A program made the translations under genes and the position numbers. Of a DNA stretch of 64,000 bases, positions 49,305 through 62,940 are shown piece by piece. Location: NCBI GenBank assembly GCA_013265495.1, contig MU061633.1, forward strand, positions 2,220,073 to 2,284,072, written 5' to 3'. This DNA comes from Vicugna vicugna. Its lineage: Eukaryota. The notes beneath the pieces were generated by a model. It saw only the letters and a program-made list of their open reading frames with translations. It had not been told where the DNA came from and ran no database searches. Numbering within the stretch: position 1 is the stretch's first letter; the number at the start of each line of letters is the position of its first letter.

Positions 49305-49840
49305 TGTTAACTACAACCTCTATTTTCTGAATTCTCATGCTTTGAACCTGGGGTTCTGCCGACTCTGGAGGGACTGTTCTTCCAGGAATAGCCAGTTCCT
49401 AGAGTTAGTAAACAACTTGCCCAAGAGCATACCTTTCAAGTGCAAACCAACCAGTCCAGAGCCATATCCCCACCCGCCTCCCTTGCTGGGACCTCAACCC
49501 CCACCACTGTCCACCTGCCCTGATCATCCCAGGGCCAGGTGCCAGACAACCAGGGATAGCTTACACCCCAGAATTCACTGAAGTTATTCAAACGAGCCAA
49601 TCCTAAGTCTACTTATCCTGCCTTGCTTGTTCTTTTTTATGGACACCACAAAATGAAAATTCTGTCCACAAGTTTCTCCCTCTCCCTCTGCCCCTGACCA
49701 GCCCTGGTGTTTCCCCAAGTGGCCTAGGTGCTTCTTTGCCTTGGGATCTGTGAGTGTAGCAAATTATCATTCAATGGCAGTTACCTCTTGATCTGTTGGC
49801 CTCACTATACCTAAATAATTTTAAAAAATATATTAAAATG
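49305..49840 (+). mobile_element. MER74 (ERVL) solo LTR, second copy
   Basis: tgttaac start; gcaaaccaaccagtccagagcc, cccagggccaggtgccagacaaccaggga, ttcaatggcagttacctcttgatctgttggcctcactatacct. Confidence 0.88.
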
Positions 49841-50554
49841 TCTCTAGATATAGCCTTTCCAATCTAATTTTCCTAAGAAGAATGCTTGCAAGGATGATGC
49901 AAGGACTGGCATCATTAAAGAAACAAGAAACAAGAAACAATAATGCACAAGAACACTAGTAAAGCCAACGTAGAGCACTGAGTCTCACCTTGGGACAGTA
50001 AGATGCTATAGGAGACAAAAGCCAGGGGTCACTCCCATGAAAGGAAGGAGCGGGTATACTGATGATGAAATCTGCCCTGCCACTGTCCCCCTGGGTATGA
50101 AGTCTTCGTGAATTCGAAGTCCTTGGCGCTCTCTGTGGCATTTATAACTGTTATTGATTTAGGTTTGCAAGATTATAGGAGGTGCCCCCAAGCTTCTTGC
50201 TCCACTGCTTTGAGAACTAACTGGCTAAGGTTTCTTCAGGATGAGTAGCAATAATAATAAGACTTCTAGAGAATTATGACTTATCTATTAAAGATAATGC
50301 TCTGCTAAGTTAGGAAACAATTTAACTAGCCATGAATTGCCAAGTACTTATAGCAAAATTTAAAGAATAATACCTAGGTGCAAACTAAAAGGCTTCTTGA
50401 CTACTATGCAATTATTGTCAATAACTGCTTTATCTAACTGGAATGTTTTCCAAGAGTTAACAGAGAAGAGCCCTGACACTTTTTGTTGGAATTAAAGGGT
50501 CACCAGGACTTTGCTTTTCTGAACAGATGGAGCATCAAAAGGTGTAAACACTTC

Positions 50555-50795
50555 AGTGTGGTGATTAAACTGTGAGCTCTAGCATCACTCAGACGAGGAC
50601 TTGCCTAGTGACACTGACACTTACTAGCTGTGTGATCTTGGGCGACACACTTAACCTTTCTCAACCCCAAGTTCCTCGTGTACAAAAATGAGGATTAAAA
50701 TAGCACCCACTTCAGTGCATTGTTGTAAGAATTAAATAAGTTAATCTATGTGCTGAGCACATTGGCTGGCTCAGTCACTAGCCCCATAAATACTA
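50555..50795 (+). mobile_element. MIR SINE, near full length
   Basis: cacttactagctgtgtgatcttgggc...ttgttgtaagaattaaataagttaat. Confidence 0.85.
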
Positions 50796-52234
50796 ACTTC
50801 TGGCAGAGATCACAAACCACCTGCCAGAAGCATCAAGGAAGTGAGGAACTGATGCCTCATATACTGTCTTAATGATTTTCAAGATACTTTCTTCTCATTC
50901 TGGGTTTTATTATTAGGAGGACATTCTTATATTTCTTGTATTTCTGTTCTTATGCTTCTAAATATTCTTATATTTCTGTTTTCTACTCAGGAGAAGTTTT
51001 ACTCAAATAGAATGATGTACTATGACCTCATGTATGTCAGGATAATTCATAACTTCTGTATGTGCGTTTAAAGTCCTATAAAGTTCTTTTTAAAATGGAA
51101 GTAAATTTGTCTACCTGCTCAGTTCCTTCTTAATGCTTTACAATTGAACCTCAAGTTTTAATGTAATTTAATTCGTACTGATTATTAATGTAATCCTAAC
51201 ATCACTCAGGTCATTGAAAGTCAGCTTATTAAATAGTTCTTTCTCAACCTCCACCTTTGGAACACAACAAATCATTAAATAGAACAGTTTTTAAACAGAC
51301 ATGTGCTGTGATTTCCTTACATCTTTCTCCAAAGCCTTAGAAAATTACTATTAGTGTCATTCAAGTTGGAAAACTTAGTCATACTTTCTAAACCTTACGG
51401 ATATGTCCCAGAACGGGAAAGGACAGAGAGTAAGTCTTCAACAGCTGGGAGAGGTTTTGTGGATTTCATAGTGGTTGGGAACTACTAACAAAGAAATATT
51501 ACACATGGCCTTTGGCAGGAACATATTATAAAATCCAGAGCCCTTTGTTATAGGCTGAGTAGAGTATTATTCATAATTGTTATTTGATTTGGTCTTCTTC
51601 CCATTCTCTAACAGAAGGCTTTTTCTGCCTTGAAAAATTACAACATTTAAAGGTGCCCCATGTCTCTGATTATATGCTACATAACCTGGCAAATATAACT
51701 AAAAAAAACCCCAAAAAAACCCATGAGGCCAGTAAAATTTGCAGTAGCAGATGGCGTTTTCACCAACTAACAGAGCCAGTTTCTTACAGAGGTAAGGATC
51801 CACCCTCACTTGAGTAATGCCAGGAAATGTCCATCGTTCCCAGACTATCTCATTCATCCAACTGACATTCATTAATCCCCCGAGCATCCTGATAACTCCA
51901 GGAAAGCATCCAAGCTCATCTGTGTCTGGTTCCTGCCTGTGTCTCTAGACTCATCTCACACTGCTTCTCTGCCCTACAAACCCTAAACTCCAGCCATTTA
52001 CAGGTTTAATGTTCGCAGCTTCTACAGGTGACAAGTAACCTCAGGCAGCTGATGACACATAATAATAGGTAAATTCATCAATGCACTAATTTTCATGACA
52101 CATACTTCAGGCTGGTGACCATAAGGGAGTCATTTGGTTGCTGAGTGAGACTAGCCGGCTGGCCAGCCTATGCCTTTCAATAGCACTTTGCCATTTTTCT
52201 GTTTAATCCTGTGTATACTCTGCATGGGGTATAC

Positions 52235-52655
52235 CAGTTACATACTGGGGAATGAGCACTGGTTGACTTCACTTGAGCTTGCACATAAGTCTGTTCAGAC
52301 ATGGGCTTCCTGATTCTTGTCTAGGCTCACTTATGAATCCAGGATCTGTAGGCCACTGGCTGGTCCAGAATGACCTCAGCCAGAACAACCAAAGCACCTC
52401 ATCCTTTATCCTCCCGCGAACTAATCCTCATATGTTCTCATAACAATGCGGAGCTACAAAAGAAACCCAAGATCAACCACCCAAGCAATTTCCAACTTGT
52501 ACTTCCATCATGCATGCTAACACCCCATTGGCCAAAACAAGTCACATGGCCATGCCGAGAGTCAGAGTGAGAGGACTGCAGAGTTATAAGGCAAATGGTA
52601 AGGATACATAGGGAGAGTGATGCATTGGAGGCATTTTTGCAATCAGTCGACCCCA
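52235..52655 (-). mobile_element. MLT1F/H-like (MaLR) solo LTR
   Basis: ggctggtccagaatgacctcagc, ccattggccaaaacaagtcacatggcc, ggaggcatttttgcaatcagtc. Confidence 0.75.
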
Positions 52656-52959
52656 TGGAAGCAATGGATTCCAGAATGCTGTTTGAGAAGAACTCCCTTC
52701 TCTTCTACTGGAATTCTTAGATGAAGTTATACAGTTTTTCACCTCCTTGCCATTGCACTGAGAGCCCTTTCCTCAATTCTTCACATCACTACTCTTTCCT
52801 GTCCAGCACTGTGCCAGTCCCCGGGGGTATAGAGATAGGACAAATAAAACAGTCTGATTTTAGGAAGAATATATTTCATTAGGGCAACTGACACATAGTA
52901 TTGAGTTGGGTAATACAAATAAGACAGTAACATAATGCTTGATCTGTGGTAAGAAGGTG

Positions 52960-53449
52960 TAGAGGACTATGCTGAGATGCAGCCCATCCTTGCAACACAC
53001 CACTGAGTTTACTTGCAGCAGCAGTGGACAATTCTTGGTGTCGGACAGCTTCCTGTCTCGAGTACCTACACCTCTCTCCTTCTCTCTTAGGGCTTTCTTC
53101 CACATCAATGGAAGTTTGTGTCAATGCATGCAGGTAAAACCCGGAAGCACTAGGAACTTAACGTCCCAAGAGAAAATCCTCAGTGAGACAAGAGTCAATG
53201 TACAGATACCCCAGCTTCCCATCCCTCGTCATGATGATTCTAAGGCATGTTCTACAGAGTTCCTCAGTGACAGCCCAGTAGTGGCCCCCAGCAACAGTCC
53301 CTCATGAGTGTACTCTTTATCCTTCTACCTTTCCCATCTCGCTTTCTCCAATCACTTATTGAACTTTTTGTGATCATCTCCCATATCAACTACCTGCCCC
53401 GAAGTCCTCATCACAGGGTCTGCTTTTCAGGAGAACCCTAATTAAGACA
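52960..53449 (+). mobile_element. ERVL-class solo LTR (LTR16-like)
   Basis: ttctaaggcatgttctacagagttcctcag...cagggtctgcttttcaggagaaccctaattaagaca terminus. Confidence 0.7.
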
Positions 53450-53884
53450 GCAGGCAATAATGTTAGTTAGCTGTAATTACAATGAAGCCAATGTGCAAAA
53501 GCGGAGAAGAGGAAGTGGAGAAGAGGGGAGGGTTCTGACTTCTTACCATTAGACCTGCTTACCTGTGCTCTTCACCTGTGAGCTTCCCATACCCAAATAG
53601 GCAAAGCTACGGCCCGAGTGGTTTCTATAATTCCATCATTTGACAGGACTGGGCAGAGGAAGGAGGTGGAGAAAAGAGGCACCCAAAACCTCCTCTGAGT
53701 AACAGGCTTTGTGATATAGCATAAGGTGTCTATATATCAGTATCCAAAATTCTTTCAACAGGGATTAGTTTCTTGAGATACGCATTGCCCTGTCTCCACG
53801 AGTGCTTTCTGCAAAGTTCAGCTACAGACAAAACCAGCTGCAGTGGAGGGAAGTGGAATATGAATATCCTTGAAGAGAGAATTA

Positions 53885-54300
53885 AGACCTAGAATTAAGC
53901 CTTGGCCCTGCTGTTTCTTAGTTCTGTGACTTTCAGCAAACCAGTGTCTCAATTTCTTCATGTGCAAAGTGGGATTAATAACCTCTACTCTACAGGTTTA
54001 TTTTCAGTATTAAATAAAAGAGCAATCATAAACCTCAAGGCACCATACCTGACATGTAATAGATACTCATTAAATTGTATCCATTATCAATTTGGATTCA
54101 GACAGACGTTAGTTGGAATTTCAGTCCTACCACCAGACGGCTAGGTGACTGTACAGCAATGTGGCATAGTTATGAACAGCTCAAGCTCTGAAGCCATGTG
54201 GGGTTGGGTTTAAATCTGTTTACCACCATGGGCAAACTGTGTGACCTTAGGCCAGTTCCTAAACCATTCTGGGCCTAGTCATCCCATCTGTAAATGAGAG
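53885..54300 (+). mobile_element. Two MIR fragments (about 53885-54080 and 54160-54300)
   Basis: ttctgtgactttcagcaaacc...; ctgtgtgaccttaggccagttcctaaacc. Confidence 0.75.
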
Positions 54301-54310
54301 TAATGCTATG

Positions 54311-54481
54311 CTATAATTCATCACTTCTAAAATATATTTGAAAAATTAATGTCTCTGATACCAAAATGTATCTGACAATTCATGGCTTGTCAGAGTTTAA
54401 TTGGCAGCATTTTACTTTCTTAGTGATACACAGAATGCCACACTTTGCAATTAATGTTGTCTTAAACACACTGAAATATGG
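54311..54481 (+). mobile_element. MER104 (TcMar-Tc2) DNA transposon
   Basis: atggcttgtcagagtttaattggcagcattttactttcttagtgataca...tgaaatatgg. Confidence 0.8.
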
Positions 54482-57400
54482 CTTTACTTAATATGGAATA
54501 TTGTGCAGATTAAATGAAAGGGTACTTTAAAATGTTAGCTTCTGATAAATACTCAATGAAAGGAAACTATTATATAGCTTAGCTTCTTAATACTCTTATC
54601 GGTTTTAAGCTTCTCATCTATAAAAATTCAAACAATAACACTAGTTTCATGAGGTTCAGTGGGAAGCTAATCATAGGAGGGGTTAAATCATCCAACACAG
54701 GACCTTCCAGGAAAGTAAGTATTCAGTCATTGTTACTTCCGGTATTTATCACTGGTTTAGGTTGCAAACCATGGGAAAAGACTATGGGCAAATCAGGAGG
54801 GAGGCAAATTTGTTGGAAGGCTAAAGGGTATCTCAAGAACTGATAGGAAACGTAGAGATTCAGGCTCGGAAAATTACAGGAATTAGAGGAGCTGCAGACC
54901 CCGCGTCAGGACACACAACACACTCATATCAGCTGAACATTCAGATGAGGTCACCACCTCTAGCACAAAACCATCCCATCTCCATGGCCTGGGCCAGCGT
55001 CACTGTTACTACCACTAGGATGACACTGCTGGCAATTCTGCTGTCATGATCTGCCTTTGGCAGCAAGACACTCACTGGCTGACTTGCTCACAACTCACTT
55101 CCTGGTTGTGCTGGAGGACTGTTTGTGGGAGCCAACAGAGGGAAATGGGCCATGAGAACCACCCTGGTGCCAGATCACATACATAATGATAACAGGGATC
55201 AATCTCCACCAGGGATATTTTTCAGAAAGGAGCTGGATAATGAACAGCTCAAACACCAAAAGCAACAGCAGCCACATCATAAATTTCCACTGACTCAGTT
55301 TTCTCCCAATGAGAATATTGGAAACTTTAAAAAATTAATCAAAGATGTAGACAGTATAGTGAAGCTCCAATATTTACTTTACAAACACAAATGTCTGTCT
55401 CTGGAAAATGTAAAGAAAGCCTGTGTTTCAGGAGTTACGGTGCTGGGGAGCTACAAAGCTACAACTAGGGGGCCAGTGGACAGGTATCAATTATGACTCC
55501 CTAAACTTCCCTAAATCACCCAGTAGGAGATAGTGTTGGGGGGGATCACTTAAGCCTATAAAATTATGGTTTGAGGGGCTTTCTTTCAAGAAAACATAGA
55601 GAAGTAGCCACTGAGGATGACAGAATTAAGAAACTTGTTCAAGGTCTTGCCAGGGGTTTAGCCCAAGAGACCTTTGCCTTGGCTCTTGGTAAGAACTGCG
55701 TGTCTTTGAACTGCACCCTGATATGAGGGCTGAACACATACATACATATGCATACACACACTCTCTCTCACGCTTAAACAGTACGTCTATTGGCTATCAT
55801 CCCCTACTGTAACCACTCTGAAACTTCATACCCCCTATCATTTCATCAAAGGGAGGTAAAAATCAGAGAATTCCAAAAAGGACCGTATTCTACATCCCCC
55901 AAGGCTCCTCCAGGCACAGAGAAGAGGAAAAGCATCCTTCAGTGATAAGAACATGGACTTGAAAACAAAACACAACTGGCTTCAAATCCTACCTCACTAC
56001 GGGACCTTGGGCTGGACTCGGTTCCTCTGCTTCCTACTGCAGTTACAGAGAGGACACTGGCCACTTCGCGAGGATTTGATGGATTGGCCAGAAAGCATTT
56101 TAAGTACCTAATGTGTATATATGCCAACCAGCTTCTTCCATGGATGGTAAATTGTGTAACTATGTATTTTTTTAATTTTACTTACTTTGTTTTTGTTTCT
56201 TAGTGACCACTGGGATGCTTGAAATAATTTCTGGCACTTCCCTAACAAATGTAAAGATCATTCTGAATCTGTTTCCCTCCCTTTTTGACTTTTATTCTTC
56301 TTTACTGTTGATCAACTTGTGGTACCTTGCTGTATTTTGAGGATGCTTCTTAAAACGTTCCTGCTAAAGTCAATACATTATCATCACTATGGGAGATACA
56401 GAAATTTCCATGTAAATAAATAACAGCTTAGAAAGGGGAAGCTGGATTGAACACTGTTGACAGAAGACACCTTTTCACTGGGCACTGACTTAACCCATTG
56501 TTTTCAAGTATTTAGAAATTGCACTGATACAGTGATGTCAATTGCCACGCACAATTATACCCAGAGATTGGAGCCAATAATCTTGACTGGGGATGCATAC
56601 CCTTTCTTTCTGGATATCCAAGATAATAAACTTTAGGGAACCCAGGGGAGCTGTTCTTTCCTCAATCAGTGAGGCTTCATATGGCATTTCTCCGTCCTCT
56701 GAGCTTTTCCCATCCTGAGGTCTAATCTCCCTTCCCAGAGGGCTTTGCAAGCTGGACAAGCCTTTTCAGTCTCCCGGGCAAGGGACTCAGTTTCAAACCT
56801 ACCATTGCTCCTGTTCTCTCAATGCTACTGTTTATTGATCACACTAAATATGTGATTTTATTGTAAGCCAAATGAAAAACTTTTATCAGATGTAAATAAC
56901 CCAAAGTTGAAAGACTTCTCCGTATTATTCCTGGTATCATAAGGTGTCCAGCCACTTAACAGGGTGTTGTTTTCCCCTGAGGAAGAAGAGGTAATCACAG
57001 ATACGAACACAAAATTGAGAAAAAGAAGTTATAGCTTTATGTTAAATAAAGACAGTTTCATTCAAACTGGTAAGTACTACATGAAATGCAAAGAGATGCT
57101 CTAGATTTCCCTAAATCCCACAGCAGAGCAGAAAATAAATGAAAAAATGCACAGACTCCCAGGCATCCACCGCAAGCAGGAAATCATACTTTCCCATGAG
57201 CTGGGCTTGCCAAAGAGCATTTCGTGGGGGCCTGCCTGCCGGGGCCCATTTGGTGGTATGTCCTCCAGGCCCCACCCATCCCTCGTAGAGGCATGAATTA
57301 CTGAAGGGTCCAGTATCAGCCCTTCCATGCATCATGGTTGGAATCCAGAATTAGGGGAGGCATTTCTCATGCAAGAGGCTGCCAGAAGCTTCCAGCCCCT

Positions 57401-58234
57401 GAATCTATAATTTTGTCTTTGCAATTTTTTTTATTGAGGTATTTCAGTGGAAAATAACTCCAGCGCAGCACATTGGCAGGTGAAGTGCAAGACTCTCCCG
57501 CCCAGTGCCAGGGCTGAGCACTCGCATGTATGCAGAGCATTCATGTTCCTGGAGAAACTCAAGGAGTGGCTCAGTACCTGTGAGGGCTCCTTGTAACGCT
57601 GGAGCTGTTGCAGGGGGCAGGCGGGGCGTGTGCCTCTCTCCAGCCCATGGCACTTTGTATATGTTGCTCTGAGGCCTTGGAAACTGGAAAATGAATCACC
57701 TTTATGGCTTGGATCACTTGTGCCAGAGCTGGAGCCTTCCTGAAAGAGGCCTTTCTCACCCAGAGACAGCATCTCCGCCCTCGTCCAGACCCACAGTTCC
57801 TGTGCGGGAGGGAGAAGTGAGGACACAGGTGCCCAGCTTTGGATGACCACCTTCTGAGTCAGCACCTCTTGATTAAGTTTATCTTTAACAGCTTCTCTCT
57901 GGTTAGCAGACCTGAGGAGGGTGTTTTGACCAAGGGTCTCCAACAGCTTAGTTGGATTTTGAACCCCTGGTAATGTGACAACCCCCATCAATGATTTCGC
58001 TTACAGCAGGAAAGGACTCACTTTTAATCAAGCATCCATCATACACCAGGCACTTGGTTTAATTACCACAAGCCTGTGAGATGACAGGGTAAGTTTCTTT
58101 AGGCATAAGAAATTCAAGTGGCTGAGGGGTCACTTTGCTTGTCAAAACCCAAGTCAAGAATGGTCCCAAGGCGTTCTGATCCGCAGTCCTGTATTTCTCC
58201 TGCTACATCACACTAATGTGACTCATTCACTTCC

Positions 58235-58660
58235 ACACACTCAAGCCCTCTTTTATGAACTCATTTAATAAACATCATTTGACTGCCTCTTATGTGCTAC
58301 ATATGGTGCTAAGCACTGAGATACAGCAATGAGCATGACAGACCGTTCTCACTGAGGCTAGAAAAAACTTGGGAGAGGAATATAGGGAACAAAGAGTCAG
58401 AGCTGAGTGCTGAGACGATGCAATATTAAATATGTGGAAATATATAGCAAGGACACACACTAGTGCTGGGGGAAATGAGTGGAGTCACAGAACAATTCTC
58501 TGAATAAACAAGGCCTGAAAGATGGGTACGGGTCAACCAAAGGAAGATGAGCAGTGTGGGCAAAGGGAAACACTCTCCAGAGGGGAAAAAAAGCATGTGC
58601 AAAGGCCCCAGGCCTAAAAGGGTTTGTGCTGTTCAAGAAACTGGAAGAACTCTAATTTGG
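58235..58660 (-). mobile_element. L2 3' end
   Basis: aaacatcatttgactgcctcttatgtgc...tgctaagcactgagatacagcaatgagc; catgtgcaaaggcccc. Confidence 0.7.
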
Positions 58661-59338
58661 TGGGAGTGTCTCCTGATCGCTCCAAATCACATCAACTTTC
58701 CTAGTAAATGTTAGCCCATAGAATCCTCATCTAATGAGAAAAAAAGACAGGGATTCAGGTGAGAAGTCACTTTCATGAATAAGAATGTCCTTTTGTCCAG
58801 AATGACCTCTGTGTGAATAGCATCCAAGACCAGGGAAAGGAGTGACCTTAGACTCTAGAAGCAAGTAACGATTCCCATCAAGTCACTAGAAAGGGGATGA
58901 AAATAAAGGCAAGCTCCCCACCCCCGACTCTCGTCCCATCTGTTACCATCACTTTAGCCACCACATTGGCCCAACTATTGGCCTCCCCTTAACTCCAGTA
59001 TGAGTAACATTTAAATGTCATTCTTTTATGTGGTATATACCAGGCATCCTAATGGTTATGCAGCCCAAAGTCAAAATCTAAAAGGAAGTTAGCTGTTCTC
59101 TGTAGATCATTCTCTAACCCTCTCATATGAACTTATCTTCATCCTGCCATTCCTGGGTCCCAGAAAAAGGGTACCTTTTGCCCTCACTTCTATTAATCCA
59201 GAACTCCATTCTAAAAGGGACTCAGGAGGAAGGAAATTAACACTTATTGGGCATCGACTGTGTAACCACCACCACTTTATAGCCCTACAAGACAGAGGTA
59301 ATAATCCCATTTCCAGATGAGAAAAATGATAGTTTGAA

Positions 59339-59905
59339 ACACACGCACCCCAATGTTCACAGCAGCACTATTTACAACAGCCAAGACATGGAAAGAGCCT
59401 AAATGCCTGCTGACAGATGACTGTATAAAAAAGTTGTGGTATATTTATTCGGAATAATACTCAGCCATAAAAAAGAATGTCATTTGCAGCCACATAGATA
59501 GGCCTGGAGAATGTCATTCTAAGTGAAGTAAGCCAGAAAGAGAAAGAAAAATACGTATGATATCACTTACAAGTGAAACCTTAAAAAAAAATTCAATAAA
59601 GACCATTATTTACAAAACAGAAACAGACTCACATAGAATACAAACTTATGGTAACCAGTGGGGAAAAGGGGTGGGAAGGGATAAATTTGGAGTTTGAGAT
59701 TTGAAGACACTAATATATATAAAATAGATAAACAAGAAGTGCTTCTGAACAGCACAGGGAACTATATTCAATATCTTGTGGTAACTTTAGGTGAAAAATA
59801 TGAAAACGAATATATGGATGTTCATGTATGACTGAAGCATTATGCTGTACACCAGAATTGACACAGCACTGTAAACTGACTATACTTCAATAAATGCATA
59901 TATTT
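59339..59905 (+). mobile_element. Young 5'-truncated L1 3' end inserted in a MIR (MIR parts about 59225-59338 and 59915-59990)
   Basis: cgcaccccaatgttcacagcagcactatttac, gcacagggaactatattcaatatcttgt, actgactatacttcaataaa; G4 motif at 59660-59680; no clear TSD. Confidence 0.92.
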
Positions 59906-60409
59906 TTTTAAAGTACATTATTTGCTTATAATTACACAGTAAAAGCAAGAGAAAAGACTTGAATCCACATTTTGTTCTGAAGCTCCTGCTTTAGGGGCTT
60001 TAGGACAGAGGATGTTTAAAGGAAATTTCTGCACATAACTCTGCCCAGCCTTGAAATCAAGCTGCATGAGGAACTCATTTCCCTCCCTAGACATCTATCT
60101 TTAGATGAGTTGCCAGCACCAGATCTGAAACTCGAGTATGTAAAATGGGTCCAGCAATGTCTTAGCAAATGACGCAGACAGACTGGACCTTAAAACTCAA
60201 AATAAGAAACACACATATAATGAAAACCTAGTTAGGAAATGTGACTTTCAGGGCAACGAGAAATCTTAAGGGGAAAGATTTTATTTTCAATTGTACAAAA
60301 TTCCAATGGGTAACTTCATTCATAATTACTTTAAAAAAAGAGAGGCAAAATGAGCATCACATGACAGAATTCCCTGGGGAGATAAGTCTCCTTTGTTCTC
60401 ACAAACCAT

Positions 60410-61250
60410 CAGAGTGAAGTGGAAAGACAGTAGGTCTCAGACATGGTCAAACTTGGCTTTTAATTCTGCCTGTGCTATTTCCCAGATGAGTCATATGAAC
60501 GTATTACTGAACTTTCTCTGAGCTTCTGTTTGTTCTTTTATACATCAGTGATAAAAATATCAAAATGAGGTAATATGAGTTAAAAAAAAATAGCACATGC
60601 TATGCTAGTAGGCATTCAACAAGTGTTAATCTTGTCTTTTCCCTTCCAATAAACTCATCATGTATTCAACAGTCTATACTGATTTATGGTTTTACTATGA
60701 TAATTCCCATGATCACAATAATATCTAGCACTTAAATACCACGGTAGCATTTGTAAAGTGTTTTCAAATTTACTGTCTTATTCAGTCATGAAAACATTTT
60801 GATACAGGTACCAGTACTTTACCCCAATTTTACAAATGAGGGAACTAAGTCTGCAGAGGCAACGTGACCTGAGGAGGGGCAAGAACGGGAGCTCTGGGAC
60901 CCTCATGCTGGGTGTGAATACCAGCTCCTGCTCCATAACCTTTGGCAAATTACACAGTCACTCTGTGACTCAGTTTACTCCCCTTTAAAACTGAGAAGAA
61001 TGTATTCACAAGGTTGTGAGGATAAGTTAACATAGTTATGTGCATACTTGGAACCATAAGTATTCAATTAATGCTATATGTTGTTTTTCTCTGCGAAAGT
61101 GTAGTTACTTCTTAGGTGTTTGGAAGGATGAAGTAAGGCAATAGATTAATATGTACGAAGTGTTTAGACTCATTCCTGATGCAGAGTAAGGGCTCAGTGA
61201 GTATGGTAATAACCTGCCGTTGCTGTCCAGTAGGACTCAGATGGTGAGTA
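60410..61250. mobile_element. Cluster of about four MIR fragments on both strands
   Basis: ctgaactttctctgagcttctgttt; cccaattttacaaatgagggaactaag; ctctgtgactcagtttactcccc; catagattaatatgtacgaagtgtttag. Confidence 0.65.
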
Positions 61251-62784
61251 GAAAGCACAGTGTTTGAATGAGAATCCTTGCAAGCTAAAGCCCCCAAGGG
61301 TGAGGAGGGAGGGGATGGAGGAAATGAACAGTGGAGGTCCTGCTATGTGCCCAGCAGTGCAAAAGTGTCTGCAGGCTTGCTTATCCTAGTCTCCCTACAA
61401 TCTTATGAGAAGGACACAGAGCCGTAACAGAGATTTGGGACATTCAGATACATTTTCCCAACAGTTTCTAATCCTTAAACAGGAAAAAAGACAGGTTGTT
61501 TTATTAACTTACTGCAATAAAGGTGTATAAAGGGGTGGCTAATGAATTACTTCCCCACATGCCTCTCTTACTCAGTGCAAACTCCTTGCCATTACTTAGT
61601 CTGGTCCCCACTCACTGCAACCACGACAGAAAATCACAAGCTTCTTTCCAATGTAAACGTCAGCTTTGACTCCCTGACTCCAGTGCACGCAGGAGACAAA
61701 CCTCCTGCTCCTTCTAGGAGGCTTCACTCAGGGTGAACTCCAATCAGAGGCTGGAAACTGGGCCAGGAGGGAGCCTCAGAGCAAAAGGTGTTTTCACTGA
61801 AGCCAGGATTTTGTTGCTTTTGACAGGGAGCCTAATTAGCCTTTAACTCTTTCACCACAACGTCCTCTCGAAGTGCAGAGAGGGAATTAACCACCAGCGC
61901 TCAGAGCCACGTGGAAGAAATTAAAGTAATGTCCTTCTTCACTAATCCTCTTTCAAGGCACAACAGTAAATATGCATTATATTTAACAATCATGTTTCCC
62001 TGGAGGTAAGCAGGGGTTTCAGTGAAAATAAATGCTCTAATGTGTTTCAGAATGCTACCCTGGAATTGCAAACAGAAAGTCCTGTGCCCTCAACCCCAGC
62101 AGAAAGAACTGTATAATGACAAGGACAGGGATCAATAAATAGGGCTGGAGGGTTGATTTGTTATCTGAGACTTACAATTCATCTTAGCTTGCAAAACGGA
62201 AGCTTGATTACGTGTGAAGATCACTTCCCAAGCTTGGCTTTTTTCCAGTCTTTGGTGCTGGCTGAGACAGAGCCAGGGACAGAGAGGAAATGGCATTGAT
62301 TAGTGACCTGGCTGTGTCACGGGTCTGCCACATGCAATGTTCGTATCATGGCAAGGTTCATTTAGTTCATCATATGTATTTGTAATATATATTCATCATA
62401 AATACAGTTTATTCATATGTATCCATGATATATATTCTTTCATATATAGCTTACTCATAAGGGTAAATATATATTTACATGTATAAATATATATGTTTAC
62501 ATGAACAAACATTTATATTTAGAGTGTGTATGTGTATGTGTGTGTATATATCCTTGATAAGGGAAAGAGTTGTAGAGGTTAGCTGTTTATAGACTCATGA
62601 AGTCACCAGCGAAGTCATTGTTTGCTGAAGCAAAAAAGGAGACTCAGATCATCTAAGTCCAGGGATTTTTCAAATGCAGTCCCCAAAGGCCTGGGATTCT
62701 GTAAAGGAGTTGCAGAAAGCTATGTGTTTAGATACATTTGTATCCAAATATGAATCCCAATCATGTCACCCACTGAATTAATAA

Positions 62785-62940
62785 GCAAGGAATCTGCATC
62801 TGTATAAAGGAGATGATAATAATAATAGTCCCATTATAGGGATGTCATGAGTCTTACATGGGTTGATGCATATAAAACATTTAGCACAGAGCTGGGAATA
62901 TACTAATTGCTTAATGAATGTTAGCTCTTACTATGTATCT
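62785..62940 (+). mobile_element. MIR SINE fragment
   Basis: catctgtataaaggagatgataataataatagtccc...aaacatttagcacagagctggg. Confidence 0.75.

Noticed and set aside
49174-49581. 135-aa ORF
   Set aside because: Lies in CA-rich sequence and a MER74 LTR
41092-49840. Two same-orientation MER74 LTRs about 8.2 kb apart as a full ERVL provirus
   Set aside because: The intervening DNA is L1, MIR, L2 and unique sequence with no gag/pol remnants, MIR/L2 predate MER74, and the two LTRs differ as much as unrelated copies
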